From Bacteroidales bacterium (GTDB taxonomy: Bacteria > Bacteroidota > Bacteroidia > Bacteroidales > VadinHA17): 64,000 bases of DNA. The position numbers were made by a program, and so were the translations under genes. The number at the start of each line of letters is the position of its first letter. The first letter of the stretch is position 1. Under the pieces are notes generated by a model that was not told the origin of the DNA, did no database searches, and saw nothing but the letters and a program-made list of their open reading frames with translations. Positions 7,248-17,567 of the stretch are shown in pieces. The stretch spans positions 129,530 through 193,529 of the forward strand of contig JBBSAP010000001.1 in the NCBI GenBank assembly GCA_038252165.1, read 5' to 3'.

Positions 7248-8639
7248 ATGAAAGAGAGACCATATAACTGGAAATACCTGCTTTCGATTTGTCTCATATC
7301 AGCTATGGGAGGGCTTCTGTTTGGCTACGACTGGGTAGTGATCGGAGGTGCTAAGCCTTTCTACGAACCGTTTTTCGGAATAACAGATAATGCTGCCATG
7401 CAGGGATGGGCAATGAGTTGTGCTCTTATCGGGTGCCTTGCAGGAGCAGTGCTGTCAGGCTGGTTGAGCGACCGGTTTGGAAGAAAGAAGCTGTTGATTT
7501 TATCGGCCGGGATATTTGTTATTGCTTCCCTGGGAACAGGCAGTGCAGGTTCATTTGTATCATTTGTATCATTCAGGATATTAGGAGGTATCGGTATCGG
7601 ACTGGCGTCAAATCTTTCGCCAATGTATATAGCAGAAGTGACACCGGGAAAAGTCAGGGGGGCTTTTGTTTCAATAAACCAGCTTACAATTGTAACAGGA
7701 ATTCTTGCTGCTCAGCTTATCAACTGGCGGATTGCCAGGCCTGTGCCTGCTGAAGCTTCGATTGCTGATATCCTTGCCTCCTGGAACGGACAGGCAGGGT
7801 GGAGATGGATGTTTTATGCCTGCACAATTCCTGCAGCTTTATTTTTTATCCTGATGTGGTTCGTACCTGAAAGCCCGAGATGGCTGGTTAATAATGAAAA
7901 AGGCAATCAGAAAGCGCACATGATCTTGTCAAAAATCGGAGGCAGCGATTATGCTGATTCAGAGATTTCAGCAATTGGAGAAACCCTCAGGAATTCATCC
8001 GGTAAAACCGGCTTCAGGTTAATAAAGGAGCCGGGAATGATAAAGCTGCTGGTTCTTGGAATTGGTCTGGCTGTCTTTCAGCAGTGGTGCGGAATAAATG
8101 TAATCTTCAACTATGCCCAGGAGGTATTTGCCAATGCCGGATACAGCGTTTCAGACACTCTTTTCAATATTGTAATTACGGGCAGCGTGAATCTGGCCTT
8201 TACCTTTATCGGGATGTTTACCGTTGACAGGCTTGGCAGAAAAGCGCTGATGCTAATTGGTGCAGGGGGACTGGCCTGTATTTATGCAGTTACAGGATTA
8301 ATGTACTTTTTACATCTGCAGGGATTACCATTGCTGATAATGGTTGTAACAGCCATTGCCTGTTATGCCATGACTCTGGCCCCGGTAACATGGGTCCTGC
8401 TCTCTGAAATTTTTCCCAACAGGATCAGGGGCTTTGCAATGTCTGTAGGGACTTTCGCCCTCTGGTCAGCCTGTTTTGTACTGACATATACATTTCCGCT
8501 TCTCAATCAGATACTTAAGGCTTCCGGAACGTTCTGGCTTTATGGTTTTATATGCGTCATTGGCTTCTGGTTCATTTTTAAAAAACTTCCTGAAACCAAA
8601 GGTAAGTCGCTTGAAGAAATTGAACACGAAATGACTTAA
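7248..8639 (+). CDS. MFS sugar porter family transporter (XylE-like sugar:H+ symporter)
   Basis: 463 aa with ~12 hydrophobic segments. Sugar-porter signatures GRKKLLILSAG, PESPRWL and PETKGKSLEEIE are present. Confidence 0.88.
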   Translation: MKERPYNWKYLLSICLISAMGGLLFGYDWVVIGGAKPFYEPFFGITDNAAMQGWAMSCALIGCLAGAVLSGWLSDRFGRKKLLILSAGIFVIASLGTGSAGSFVSFVSFRILGGIGIGLASNLSPMYIAEVTPGKVRGAFVSINQLTIVTGILAAQLINWRIARPVPAEASIADILASWNGQAGWRWMFYACTIPAALFFILMWFVPESPRWLVNNEKGNQKAHMILSKIGGSDYADSEISAIGETLRNSSGKTGFRLIKEPGMIKLLVLGIGLAVFQQWCGINVIFNYAQEVFANAGYSVSDTLFNIVITGSVNLAFTFIGMFTVDRLGRKALMLIGAGGLACIYAVTGLMYFLHLQGLPLLIMVVTAIACYAMTLAPVTWVLLSEIFPNRIRGFAMSVGTFALWSACFVLTYTFPLLNQILKASGTFWLYGFICVIGFWFIFKKLPETKGKSLEEIEHEMT

Positions 8640-8641
8640 GA

Positions 8642-8674
8642 ATGTATTATGTATTACAGGCGATGTATTATGTA
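8642..8674. repeat. ATGTATT heptamer stutter (2+2 copies, 21-nt super-period)
   Basis: ATGTATTATGTA occurs at 8642-8653 and 8663-8674. Confidence 0.7.
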
Positions 8675-8750
8675 GAGAGTACTTTGGGTCTTGGTGCCTT
8701 AGTAGCTAAAAGAATTGAAGTTAACATTTATGGATTTTGATTATTTTAAA

Positions 8751-11588
8751 ATGAAAAAAATATTATTTCTATTTCTGTTAGTTACCGGGTGTAACAGCCA
8801 GCAATCAAATATCCGTGAGGAGTTTTCCCTTGCGGGAACCTGGGGTTTCAAAATTGACTCCCTTGATCAGGGTGTTGAACAACAGTGGTTTAATAATAAA
8901 TTCAGTGAAACGGTTTCACTGCCTGGTTCAATGGCGGAAAACAGGAAAGGTAATGAAGTTACACTTAATACCGACTGGACAGGTGACATTGTCGACAAAT
9001 CATATTTCACCGAAAAGAAATATGAAAAGTACAGGAGGCCCGGAAACATAAAGATACCATTCTGGCTCAAACCTGTGAAATACTACAAAGGTGCGGCATG
9101 GTATCAGAAAGATGTCGTGATACCTGAAGGATGGATTGACAAGCGTGTTGTAATATTACTCGAAAGATGTCATTGGGAATCGACGGTTTTTGTAAACGAT
9201 AAGAAAGCCGGTTCTCTGAACAGCCTTTCCACTCCTCATGAATATGATATAACTGACCTGCTGATCGCCGGAAAAAACAGGATAACTGTGAGAATTGATA
9301 ACAGTGTCATTATTCCTGTCGGGGTCAATTCACACAGCATAAGCGACCATACTCAGTCGGCCTGGAACGGGATCACCGGATCGATCAAACTGACAGCAAC
9401 CTCAAAGGTCTTTATTGATGACATTAAAATCTTTCCTGATCCTGAAAGGAAAATTGCAAAGGTCATTGTCAGTTTCAGGAATCCGGAAAATATTGATTTC
9501 AAAGGCAAGCTGACTTTGCAGGCACAAAGTTTTAACTCATCCAAGGAAAGTAAACTACCGGTTAAAAATGTAACAATTGTTACAAATGCCGATGAGCAGC
9601 AGGTTATTCTGGATTATAAAATCCTTAATCCTGCGTTATGGAGTGAATTTACTCCTGATCTTTACAGAATGTCAGCTTATCTGAAAGAAAAGGGCAAAGT
9701 AATTGATAATAGATCTGTTGACTTTGGTATGCGGGAGTTCAAAGCAAAGGGGACCAGGTTTGAAGTGAATAGCCGCCCGGTTTTCATCAGGGGAACTACG
9801 GAATGCTGTATTTTCCCGCTTACAGGATATCCTCCTTCAGATACGGCATCATGGGTGAGAATCCTTCAGACGTGCAAAGATTACGGGTTGAATCATATGC
9901 GTTTTCATTCATATTGTCCGCCTGAAGCAGCTTTTATTGCAGCCGATAAGCTGGGTATCTATTTACATGTCGAATGCAGTTCGTGGGCAAACCAGGGAAC
10001 ATCTATCGGTGACGGGGGTCCGGTTGACAAATTCATTTATGAGGAAGGTGACAGGATAATAAGGGAATATGGGAACCACCCGTCTTTTTGCATGCTGGCA
10101 TACGGTAATGAACCGGCAGGCAGAAACCAGAATAAATTCCTTGGAGAACTGATCACATATTGGAAGGCAAAGGATAACAGGAGGGTTTATACTTCCGGAG
10201 CAGGCTGGCCAATAATTCCCGAAAATGATTATAACCTTACCCCGGAACCAAGGATACAGCATTGGGGGGAAGGATTGAAGAGTATAATAAATTCCGAACC
10301 TCCTCATACTACGTTTGATTTCGGTGATTTTGTGTCTAAATACAAGATACCTTCAGTCAGCCATGAAATCGGACAATGGTGTGTTTATCCCGATTTTAAG
10401 GAAATCCTGCAATATACAGGGGTTCTGAAACCTTCAAACTTTGAGATTTTCAGAGAGACACTGGGAGAAAACAAAATGGGTGATCAGGCAGAAGATTTTC
10501 TCATAGCCTCAGGTAAGCTGCAGGCTATTTGCTACAAGGCTGACATTGAAGCCGCTTTGCGCACTCCGGGCTTTGCCGGATTCCAGTTGCTTCAGCTGCA
10601 TGATTTTCCGGGCCAGGGTACTGCTCTGGTAGGGATCCTGAATCCTTTTTTTAAAAGTAAAGGATATATCAGTTCTGAGGAATTCAGGATGTTCTGTAGT
10701 GAAACAGTACCTCTTGCTAGGTTGAAAAAAATGATTTTTAAAGCAGATGAGATAATAAATGCTGATATTGAGATTTCACATTTTGGTCCAAATCCCCTGT
10801 TTAATTCCACAATCCTTTGCCAGATCATAAATTCCGAAGGTGAAGCTATTCATAAGCAGGTCTTTCTTAAGGACACAATCGCAATCGGAAACTGCATCCC
10901 TGTTGGGACTTATTCATTTGATCCGGCCGCAATTCAGGAAGCACGGAAGCTTACCCTGGAGATATCAATACAGAATACTCCATACAGGAACAAATGGGAA
11001 TTATGGATCTACCCCGAGCAGAATGAAATTGAACCAGGGAATCTCCTTATCACTGATAAGCTTGACAAGAAGAGTGAGGAAATCCTGAGAAGGGGAGGTT
11101 CCGTCCTGTTACTTACATATGGTAAAGTAGCAAAGGAAAAAGGAGCCCGGGTTGCAATAGGTTTTTCAAGCATCTTCTGGAATACAGCCTGGACAAATAA
11201 CCAGGCACCGCATACGCTTGGAATTCTTTGCGATCCCCTGAATCCTCTTTTCAGGGAATTCCCGACTGAATTTCACAGTAACTGGCAGTGGTGGGATCCG
11301 GTGTCACATTCCCAGGCAATGATAATTGACGGATTTCCGGCGGACCTTAAGCCGGTAATTCAGCCTATAGATACGTGGTTTGAGAACAGAAGGCTGGCTC
11401 TGGCTTTTGAGGGAAAAGCAGGCAGGGGAAAACTGATGGTTTGCAGCATTGATCTTAAAGATATCTCTGAGGAGAGGCTTGCTTCAAAACAATTATTGCA
11501 TTCGATGCTGAATTACATGAACAGTAAGAACTTTAACCCACAGATAGATATTGATTTAAGTCAGGTCAGGCATCTTTTAAGCAACTGA
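8751..11588 (+). CDS. glycoside hydrolase family 2-like protein, probable lipoprotein
   Basis: The ORF is open from TTG 8715. I prefer ATG 8751, which gives MKKILFLFLLVTGC (signal plus lipobox). It has an N-terminal GH2 sugar-binding-like block (YYKGAAWYQKDVVIPEGW ... NRITVRIDN) and a clan GH-A acid/base motif (MLAYGNEP). Confidence 0.7.
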   Translation: MKKILFLFLLVTGCNSQQSNIREEFSLAGTWGFKIDSLDQGVEQQWFNNKFSETVSLPGSMAENRKGNEVTLNTDWTGDIVDKSYFTEKKYEKYRRPGNIKIPFWLKPVKYYKGAAWYQKDVVIPEGWIDKRVVILLERCHWESTVFVNDKKAGSLNSLSTPHEYDITDLLIAGKNRITVRIDNSVIIPVGVNSHSISDHTQSAWNGITGSIKLTATSKVFIDDIKIFPDPERKIAKVIVSFRNPENIDFKGKLTLQAQSFNSSKESKLPVKNVTIVTNADEQQVILDYKILNPALWSEFTPDLYRMSAYLKEKGKVIDNRSVDFGMREFKAKGTRFEVNSRPVFIRGTTECCIFPLTGYPPSDTASWVRILQTCKDYGLNHMRFHSYCPPEAAFIAADKLGIYLHVECSSWANQGTSIGDGGPVDKFIYEEGDRIIREYGNHPSFCMLAYGNEPAGRNQNKFLGELITYWKAKDNRRVYTSGAGWPIIPENDYNLTPEPRIQHWGEGLKSIINSEPPHTTFDFGDFVSKYKIPSVSHEIGQWCVYPDFKEILQYTGVLKPSNFEIFRETLGENKMGDQAEDFLIASGKLQAICYKADIEAALRTPGFAGFQLLQLHDFPGQGTALVGILNPFFKSKGYISSEEFRMFCSETVPLARLKKMIFKADEIINADIEISHFGPNPLFNSTILCQIINSEGEAIHKQVFLKDTIAIGNCIPVGTYSFDPAAIQEARKLTLEISIQNTPYRNKWELWIYPEQNEIEPGNLLITDKLDKKSEEILRRGGSVLLLTYGKVAKEKGARVAIGFSSIFWNTAWTNNQAPHTLGILCDPLNPLFREFPTEFHSNWQWWDPVSHSQAMIIDGFPADLKPVIQPIDTWFENRRLALAFEGKAGRGKLMVCSIDLKDISEERLASKQLLHSMLNYMNSKNFNPQIDIDLSQVRHLLSN

Positions 11589-11660
11589 TTAATAATAATC
11601 GGAATGTTTTAATGATTACATTGGTAAATTATTTCAAAAAAAAGTTTTAAAAACAAAAAC

Positions 11661-12557
11661 ATGGAATTAATAACAATCGGCTTTATAGTGATCATTGCAG
11701 CTCTTTTTGCTGTCAAGACAGTTCCTTATATGCAGGAACATAAATCTAAAGTACTTACTGCAGCCGGCCTGATCTTTCTGTTGCTTATTTTATTCTCTTC
11801 AGTCAAACAGGTTGAACCCGGGATGATTGGTGTGAAAAAGTTGTTCGGCAAGGTCAGCAACAACACTCTTGAGAGCGGTTTGAACCTTATTAATCCTCTT
11901 GCCAAGGTCGTAATATTCGACATTAGAACTGAGAATTATACAATGTCAGGGGTGCTGGATGAAGGAGCAAAACGGGGTGATGATGCATTACGTGTATTGT
12001 CAGCTGACGGACTGGAGGTGATAATCGATCTCACGGTTCTGTATAAAGTAATTCCTTCGGAAGCACCCAGAATATTAAAAGAGATAGGAACAGATTACAG
12101 GAATGTTCTGGTTCGTCCTATTTGCAGGACAGGGATCAGGGATAATGCGGTTTATTATGATGCAGTTTCATTGTATTCATCAAAGAGAGAAGAATTTCAG
12201 GACCGGATCTTTAATGCCATTGAATCAAATTTCAAAGAAAGAGGATTAATACTGGAACAACTGCTGATAAGGAATATTACTCTTCCGGAATCTGTGAAGG
12301 CTGCCATAGAATCAAAGATAAATGCTGAACAGGAAGCTCAGAAGATGACATTTGTTCTTCAGAAGGAAAGGCAGGAAGCTGAGAGGAAAAGAGTTGAGGC
12401 ACAAGGTATAGCCGATTATCAGAAAATATTAAGCTCAGGACTGAGTGACAAATTGCTGCAATATGAAATGATAAAGGCAATTACTAATTCTCCGAATGCA
12501 AAGCTGATTATAATGACCAACGGGAAAGGTCTTCCGATTATGGTGGATACAAAGTAA
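11661..12557 (+). CDS. SPFH/band-7 (prohibitin-like) membrane protein
   Basis: 298 aa. An N-terminal TM segment, an SPFH core (VLSADGLEVIIDLTVLYKV) and a C-terminal charged coiled coil (EQEAQKMTFVLQKERQEAERKRVEAQG). Confidence 0.8.
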   Translation: MELITIGFIVIIAALFAVKTVPYMQEHKSKVLTAAGLIFLLLILFSSVKQVEPGMIGVKKLFGKVSNNTLESGLNLINPLAKVVIFDIRTENYTMSGVLDEGAKRGDDALRVLSADGLEVIIDLTVLYKVIPSEAPRILKEIGTDYRNVLVRPICRTGIRDNAVYYDAVSLYSSKREEFQDRIFNAIESNFKERGLILEQLLIRNITLPESVKAAIESKINAEQEAQKMTFVLQKERQEAERKRVEAQGIADYQKILSSGLSDKLLQYEMIKAITNSPNAKLIIMTNGKGLPIMVDTK

Positions 12558-12746
12558 TGACTCCGTGTCTCGTATTTCTGATTCAGAGATCGCGGTGTTA
12601 AAAGAGGGCGTCAGATATGAATTAACCAGGGGCGCACTGGGTGTGGGTTCTGGTCCTTGAACTGATAATTGATCAGGCAACATATGAGGAAGCGGCGAGA
12701 TACTCCAGTGGGATCCAATCATGGAAGTGATTGGGAATAAAACTCA

Positions 12747-12765
12747 GGATTGCCTTCGGCGATCC
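12747..12765 (-). terminator. probable terminator of tRNA-Ser
   Basis: GGATTGCC-TTC-GGCGATCC, an 8-bp stem with one G-U. On the minus strand it is followed by TGAGTTTTATT, and it lies 16 nt downstream of the tRNA 3' end. Confidence 0.5.
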
Positions 12766-12780
12766 CCGGGAGGGAACTTT

Positions 12781-12869
<89 letters not shown>

Positions 12870-12919
12870 CTGATTCATTTCATGTAACTAATAAAATGGA
12901 GGCGCAAATTACAAAATAT

Positions 12920-13954
12920 TTACGAAATCTCTCCTGCAAGCGATTTGCCTAAACATTTCACGACATCGTCCCTCAATCGGCAAACCCCAAGTAAATGCAT
13001 CAGCTTGGTTACCGAAGCTTCAGAGGTAATGTCCTTTCCACTTACAACCCCGGCCGCGAGCATCTCCCTGCTGGTCTCATACAGGCCCATCTCCACACTG
13101 CCGCCGTGACATTGTGTCACATTGAAGATTATTCCTCCCTTTTTGATAAATGCCCTGAGCTCCTCTATAAACCATGGGTATGTTGGTGCATTTCCTGATC
13201 CGAATGTTTCAATTATTAGTCCTTTGAGGTCTTTTGTATTTATTACTGCCTGCATAAGATTAAGACCTAATCCGGGAAATAATTTAAGGATTGCCACATT
13301 AGTGTCGAAAGCTTTATGAACGATGAGATTCTTATCAGGATCCGAATATCTGATCAGATTGTAATTATATTTCAGATGAAGCCCCACTTCTGCAAGCGGA
13401 GGGTAATTTGGCGAATTAAATGCGTCAAAATGCTCGGCGCTGGACTTTGTGGTACGATTCCCGCGGGTAAGCTCATTATCGAAATAGATACAAACCTCAG
13501 GGACAAGGGATAATCCGGATTCCTTTGCCGCAGCAATTTCAATTGCTGTAATAAGATTTTCCCTTCCGTCGGTACGAAGAAGTCCTATTGGCAACTGTGA
13601 TCCGGTAAGGATGACAGGCTTCCTGAGATTCTCGAGCATATAGCTCAGGGCTGAAGCTGAATAAGCCATAGTATCAGTGCCGTGAAGAACTACGAATCCA
13701 TCATAATTGTCGTAGTTTTCTTCGATTGTCTCAGCCATCTTGACCCATACTCCCGGATCAATATTTGATGAATCCTTAACCGGATCGAAAGAGATAGACT
13801 GAAGATCAAAGCCAAATTTCAGAAGTTCTGGAACATGGTCGGTAATGTGCTTAAAATCTATAGGGACAAGCGATCCCATGACAGGGTCGTGTACCATTCC
13901 GATTGTTCCGCCGGTGTATATTATCAGAATTGACGTTTCTCTTTTGTCTTTCAT
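12920..13954 (-). CDS. ansA: L-asparaginase, type I (cytoplasmic)
   Basis: 344 aa. Contains the active-site motifs IIYTGGTIGM and VVLHGTDTMAYSA. Confidence 0.88.
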   Translation of the reverse strand: MKDKRETSILIIYTGGTIGMVHDPVMGSLVPIDFKHITDHVPELLKFGFDLQSISFDPVKDSSNIDPGVWVKMAETIEENYDNYDGFVVLHGTDTMAYSASALSYMLENLRKPVILTGSQLPIGLLRTDGRENLITAIEIAAAKESGLSLVPEVCIYFDNELTRGNRTTKSSAEHFDAFNSPNYPPLAEVGLHLKYNYNLIRYSDPDKNLIVHKAFDTNVAILKLFPGLGLNLMQAVINTKDLKGLIIETFGSGNAPTYPWFIEELRAFIKKGGIIFNVTQCHGGSVEMGLYETSREMLAAGVVSGKDITSEASVTKLMHLLGVCRLRDDVVKCLGKSLAGEIS

Positions 13955-13963
13955 AGGTTGAGA

Positions 13964-14730
13964 TTATAAGCCAAAAAGCTGAACGGAGTTGTCATAGGTT
14001 ACTAAGGCAGCTTGCTCTTTGGTTAATCCAAAGATCTCAGCAACTTTATTATTTATAATACAAAGATAAGAACTCTCGTTTCTTTTTCCCCTGTGAGGTA
14101 CAGGGGCAAGATATGGTGAATCGGTTTCAAGTATGATGTTTTCAAGTCCCGATTGACTGACAACTTTATCAAGTCCTGAATTCTTAAATGTTACAATACC
14201 GCCAATCCCCAGTTTAAATCCCAATCCTATTGCCTTTTCGGCATCCTCAAAAGAACCGGTAAATGCATGAAAAACACCTTTCAGACCGGACCCTGTAAAT
14301 TCTTCCAGTGCCTTAATGACCTCAGAAAATGAGTTTCTGCAATGAATTACAACTGGCAACCTCTTCTTCAGGGCAAAAGCTATCTGTCTCCTGAATGCCA
14401 GAATCTGCTCCTTCAGACTCGACTTATCCCAGTAAAGATCGATGCCTATTTCTCCTATGGCATAACACTTATTGGTGTTTGCAAGATCTTCTAATTTGTC
14501 GAGCTGGGTGACATAATCTTCCTTAACAGAAGTAGGGTGCAATCCGATCATAGGGAAACAGATTCCCGGGTATTTGCTCTCAACTGAGAACATCGGGGAT
14601 GCAGAATCAATATCGATGTTTGGCATAAGAAGTTTGACTACCCCTGATTGAACAGCTCTCCTTATTGTTTCGTCCCTGTCAGAATTGAAATCCGGAAGAT
14701 AAATGTGTGTATGTGTATCGATAAGCTGCA

Positions 14731-14731
<1 letters not shown>
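13964..14731 (-). CDS. TatD family metal-dependent hydrolase
   Basis: 255 aa. N-terminal IDTHTHIY (HxH metal site) and a TIM-barrel TatD/YcfH-like pattern. Its start ATG overlaps the gdhA stop by 1 nt (TGATG). Confidence 0.85.
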
Positions 14732-16083
<1,352 letters not shown>

Positions 16084-16103
16084 TTAAAGGTTACTTAGGA
16101 TAT

Positions 16104-16111
16104 CAAATTTA
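16104..16111 (-). promoter_or_regulatory. candidate Bacteroidota -7 box for gdhA
   Basis: The minus strand reads TAAATTTG, a perfect TAnnTTTG, 32 nt upstream of the gdhA ATG. Confidence 0.4.
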
Positions 16112-16252
16112 GAAAAACAATATGAATAGTTTTTCAATTGAAGGAAATAAATAACATGGTTATTGATTTTTGATTTTGAATTGGCGATTTCGGATTTTAT
16201 CTTTGTTTTTAAATCAGCAATCACCAATCCCACAGTCTTAAATTCCTGATCA

Positions 16253-17356
16253 TTAAGTGCGATAAACATTTCCGGGATAGCATTTGATCATCCCCTTGAA
16301 CTCCATCTGAAGGAGCTGGGGCGACAGCTTGTTAATGGGAATATCAAGCTGTCGGCAGATATGGTCGATTGTTAATTCACCTTCTTTCATTATCAGCTCA
16401 TAAATCTTTTGCTCCGATTCGCTCAGTTCCGAAAAAAGGGTCTTCTGAACCGGGGGCTTTGATTTTTCCGGCTGCCAGTTGAGAAAATTTTCAATATCCG
16501 CAGCCGATTCCACAAGGGCTGCCTTATTTGTCTTTATAAGATCATTGCATCCGGCTGACCATTGATCTTCAGGCCTGCCTGGTATTGCCAAAACATCACG
16601 GTTATAAGAATTAGCCATATCGGCCGTGATCAGGGCGCCGCCCTTGATCCCTGATTCCACTACGAGCGTGGCATCCGACAGCCCGGCAATTATCCTGTTC
16701 CTTTTAAGAAAATTATTCCGCTCAGGAAGCATATCCGACATAAAATCGGTCAGAAGGCCGCCGGTCTTTAAAATTGCTTCAGCTGTTGCCCTGTGAATTG
16801 AAGGATAAATTGTTTTAAATCCATGTGCAAGGATCCCTATTGTCTGAAGGTTATTTGAGAGAGCAGCTTTATGGGCCGCAATGTCGATCCCGTAAGCGAG
16901 ACCGCTGATAATAATGAGATCAGGATGACCATTTGAAAGATTGCCGATTATGCTTTCACATATTTCCCTGCCGCGGGTGGTAGCATTTCGTGTGCCGACC
17001 ACACTTAGTATCTTAGAACTGTTCAGGTCGCTTTTGCCCTTGAAATAAAAGACAACAGGAGAATCATCGCATTGCCTTAACCTGAAGGGGTAATCATTAT
17101 CAAGATAGAAGAATGTCCTGATATTATGTTTAACAACATATTCTGATTCGGCTTCAGCAAGTTTCAGATAAGATTTGTCACTTATACAGCTGGCAAGTCC
17201 CGATCCTATTCCGGGTATCTTAAGCAGATTGCGGTAGGGTTCATTGAAAATGGCTTCGACACTGCCGAAATATGAAACAAGTTTACGGGCATTGATGTCA
17301 CCAATGCGTGGTATAAGGCTTAAAGCAATTTTATGCTTCAGCAGGACTTCAGACAT
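16253..17356 (-). CDS. dprA: DNA-processing protein DprA
   Basis: The ORF is open to 17530, but the first 58 codons translate the hairpin repeat (..SPPRYELERGNKG..). ATG 17356 gives MSEVLLKHKIALSLIPRIGD (SAM-like N-domain). This is followed by the DprA Rossmann core (VVGTRNATTRG, GLAYGIDIAAHKAAL) and a C-terminal winged helix. Confidence 0.85.
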   Translation of the reverse strand: MSEVLLKHKIALSLIPRIGDINARKLVSYFGSVEAIFNEPYRNLLKIPGIGSGLASCISDKSYLKLAEAESEYVVKHNIRTFFYLDNDYPFRLRQCDDSPVVFYFKGKSDLNSSKILSVVGTRNATTRGREICESIIGNLSNGHPDLIIISGLAYGIDIAAHKAALSNNLQTIGILAHGFKTIYPSIHRATAEAILKTGGLLTDFMSDMLPERNNFLKRNRIIAGLSDATLVVESGIKGGALITADMANSYNRDVLAIPGRPEDQWSAGCNDLIKTNKAALVESAADIENFLNWQPEKSKPPVQKTLFSELSESEQKIYELIMKEGELTIDHICRQLDIPINKLSPQLLQMEFKGMIKCYPGNVYRT

Positions 17357-17396
17357 AGCACTTAGAAATTGAGACAGGTAAATATAAGAAAAACCC

Positions 17397-17404
17397 CAAA
17401 AATA
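17397..17404 (-). promoter_or_regulatory. candidate -7 box for dprA
   Basis: The minus strand reads TATTTTTG (TAnnTTTG), 41 nt upstream of ATG 17356. Confidence 0.35.
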
Positions 17405-17440
17405 TTCCAGAGAGGAAGAATATTTTATTTCAAATGTACT

Positions 17441-17482
17441 CACCCCCTTATTCCCCCTCTCCAATTCATAACGAGGGGGAGA
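17441..17482 (+). repeat. C5/G5 hairpin element, short copy C
   Basis: CACCCCCTTATTCCCCCTC ... GAGGGGGA. The stem is CCCCCTC (17453-17459) / GAGGGGG (17473-17479). The 5' part matches the ACCCCCTT..TTCCCCC consensus of copies A and B. Confidence 0.55.
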
Positions 17483-17512
17483 ACTAACAGAATAGCAGAA
17501 TATTAATAAGAT

Positions 17513-17547
17513 AAAATCCCCTCTTTGCAAGGCAGAGAGGGGATTTT
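17513..17547 (-). terminator. intrinsic terminator of the NAD-type gdh
   Basis: AAAATCCCCTCT (17513-17524) / AGAGGGGATTTT (17536-17547), a 12-bp perfect stem flanked by A and T runs, 20 nt downstream of the stop at 17568. Confidence 0.75.
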
Positions 17548-17567
17548 ATGGTGAGTATGTTTTGTGA

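Noticed and set aside
8692-8707. Sigma-54-like TGGTGC-N5-TAGCT (correct GG-N10-GC spacing) 45 nt upstream of the GH2 start.
   Set aside because: No enhancer-binding protein gene or upstream inverted repeat is nearby. Matches of this quality are expected by chance in 128 kb of two-strand sequence.
8715-8750. A TTG start at 8715 for the GH2-like protein.
   Set aside because: ATG 8751 immediately precedes a canonical signal peptide/lipobox. The 12 extra residues (MKLTFMDFDYFK) have no signal-peptide character.
12620-12720. SRP (4.5S) RNA. GGTTCTGGTCC and GAGGAAGCGGCG resemble the GGUCAGGUCC...GGAAGCAGCC core.
   Set aside because: The two halves are separated by about 30 nt instead of a GNRA tetraloop. 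The conserved symmetric/asymmetric loop geometry cannot be drawn. The similarity is probably chance.
17357-17530. N-terminal 58-codon extension of the dprA ORF.
   Set aside because: The extension translates the C5/G5 hairpin element and AT-rich spacer (..SPPRYELERGNKG..). DprA homology begins at the internal ATG 17356.
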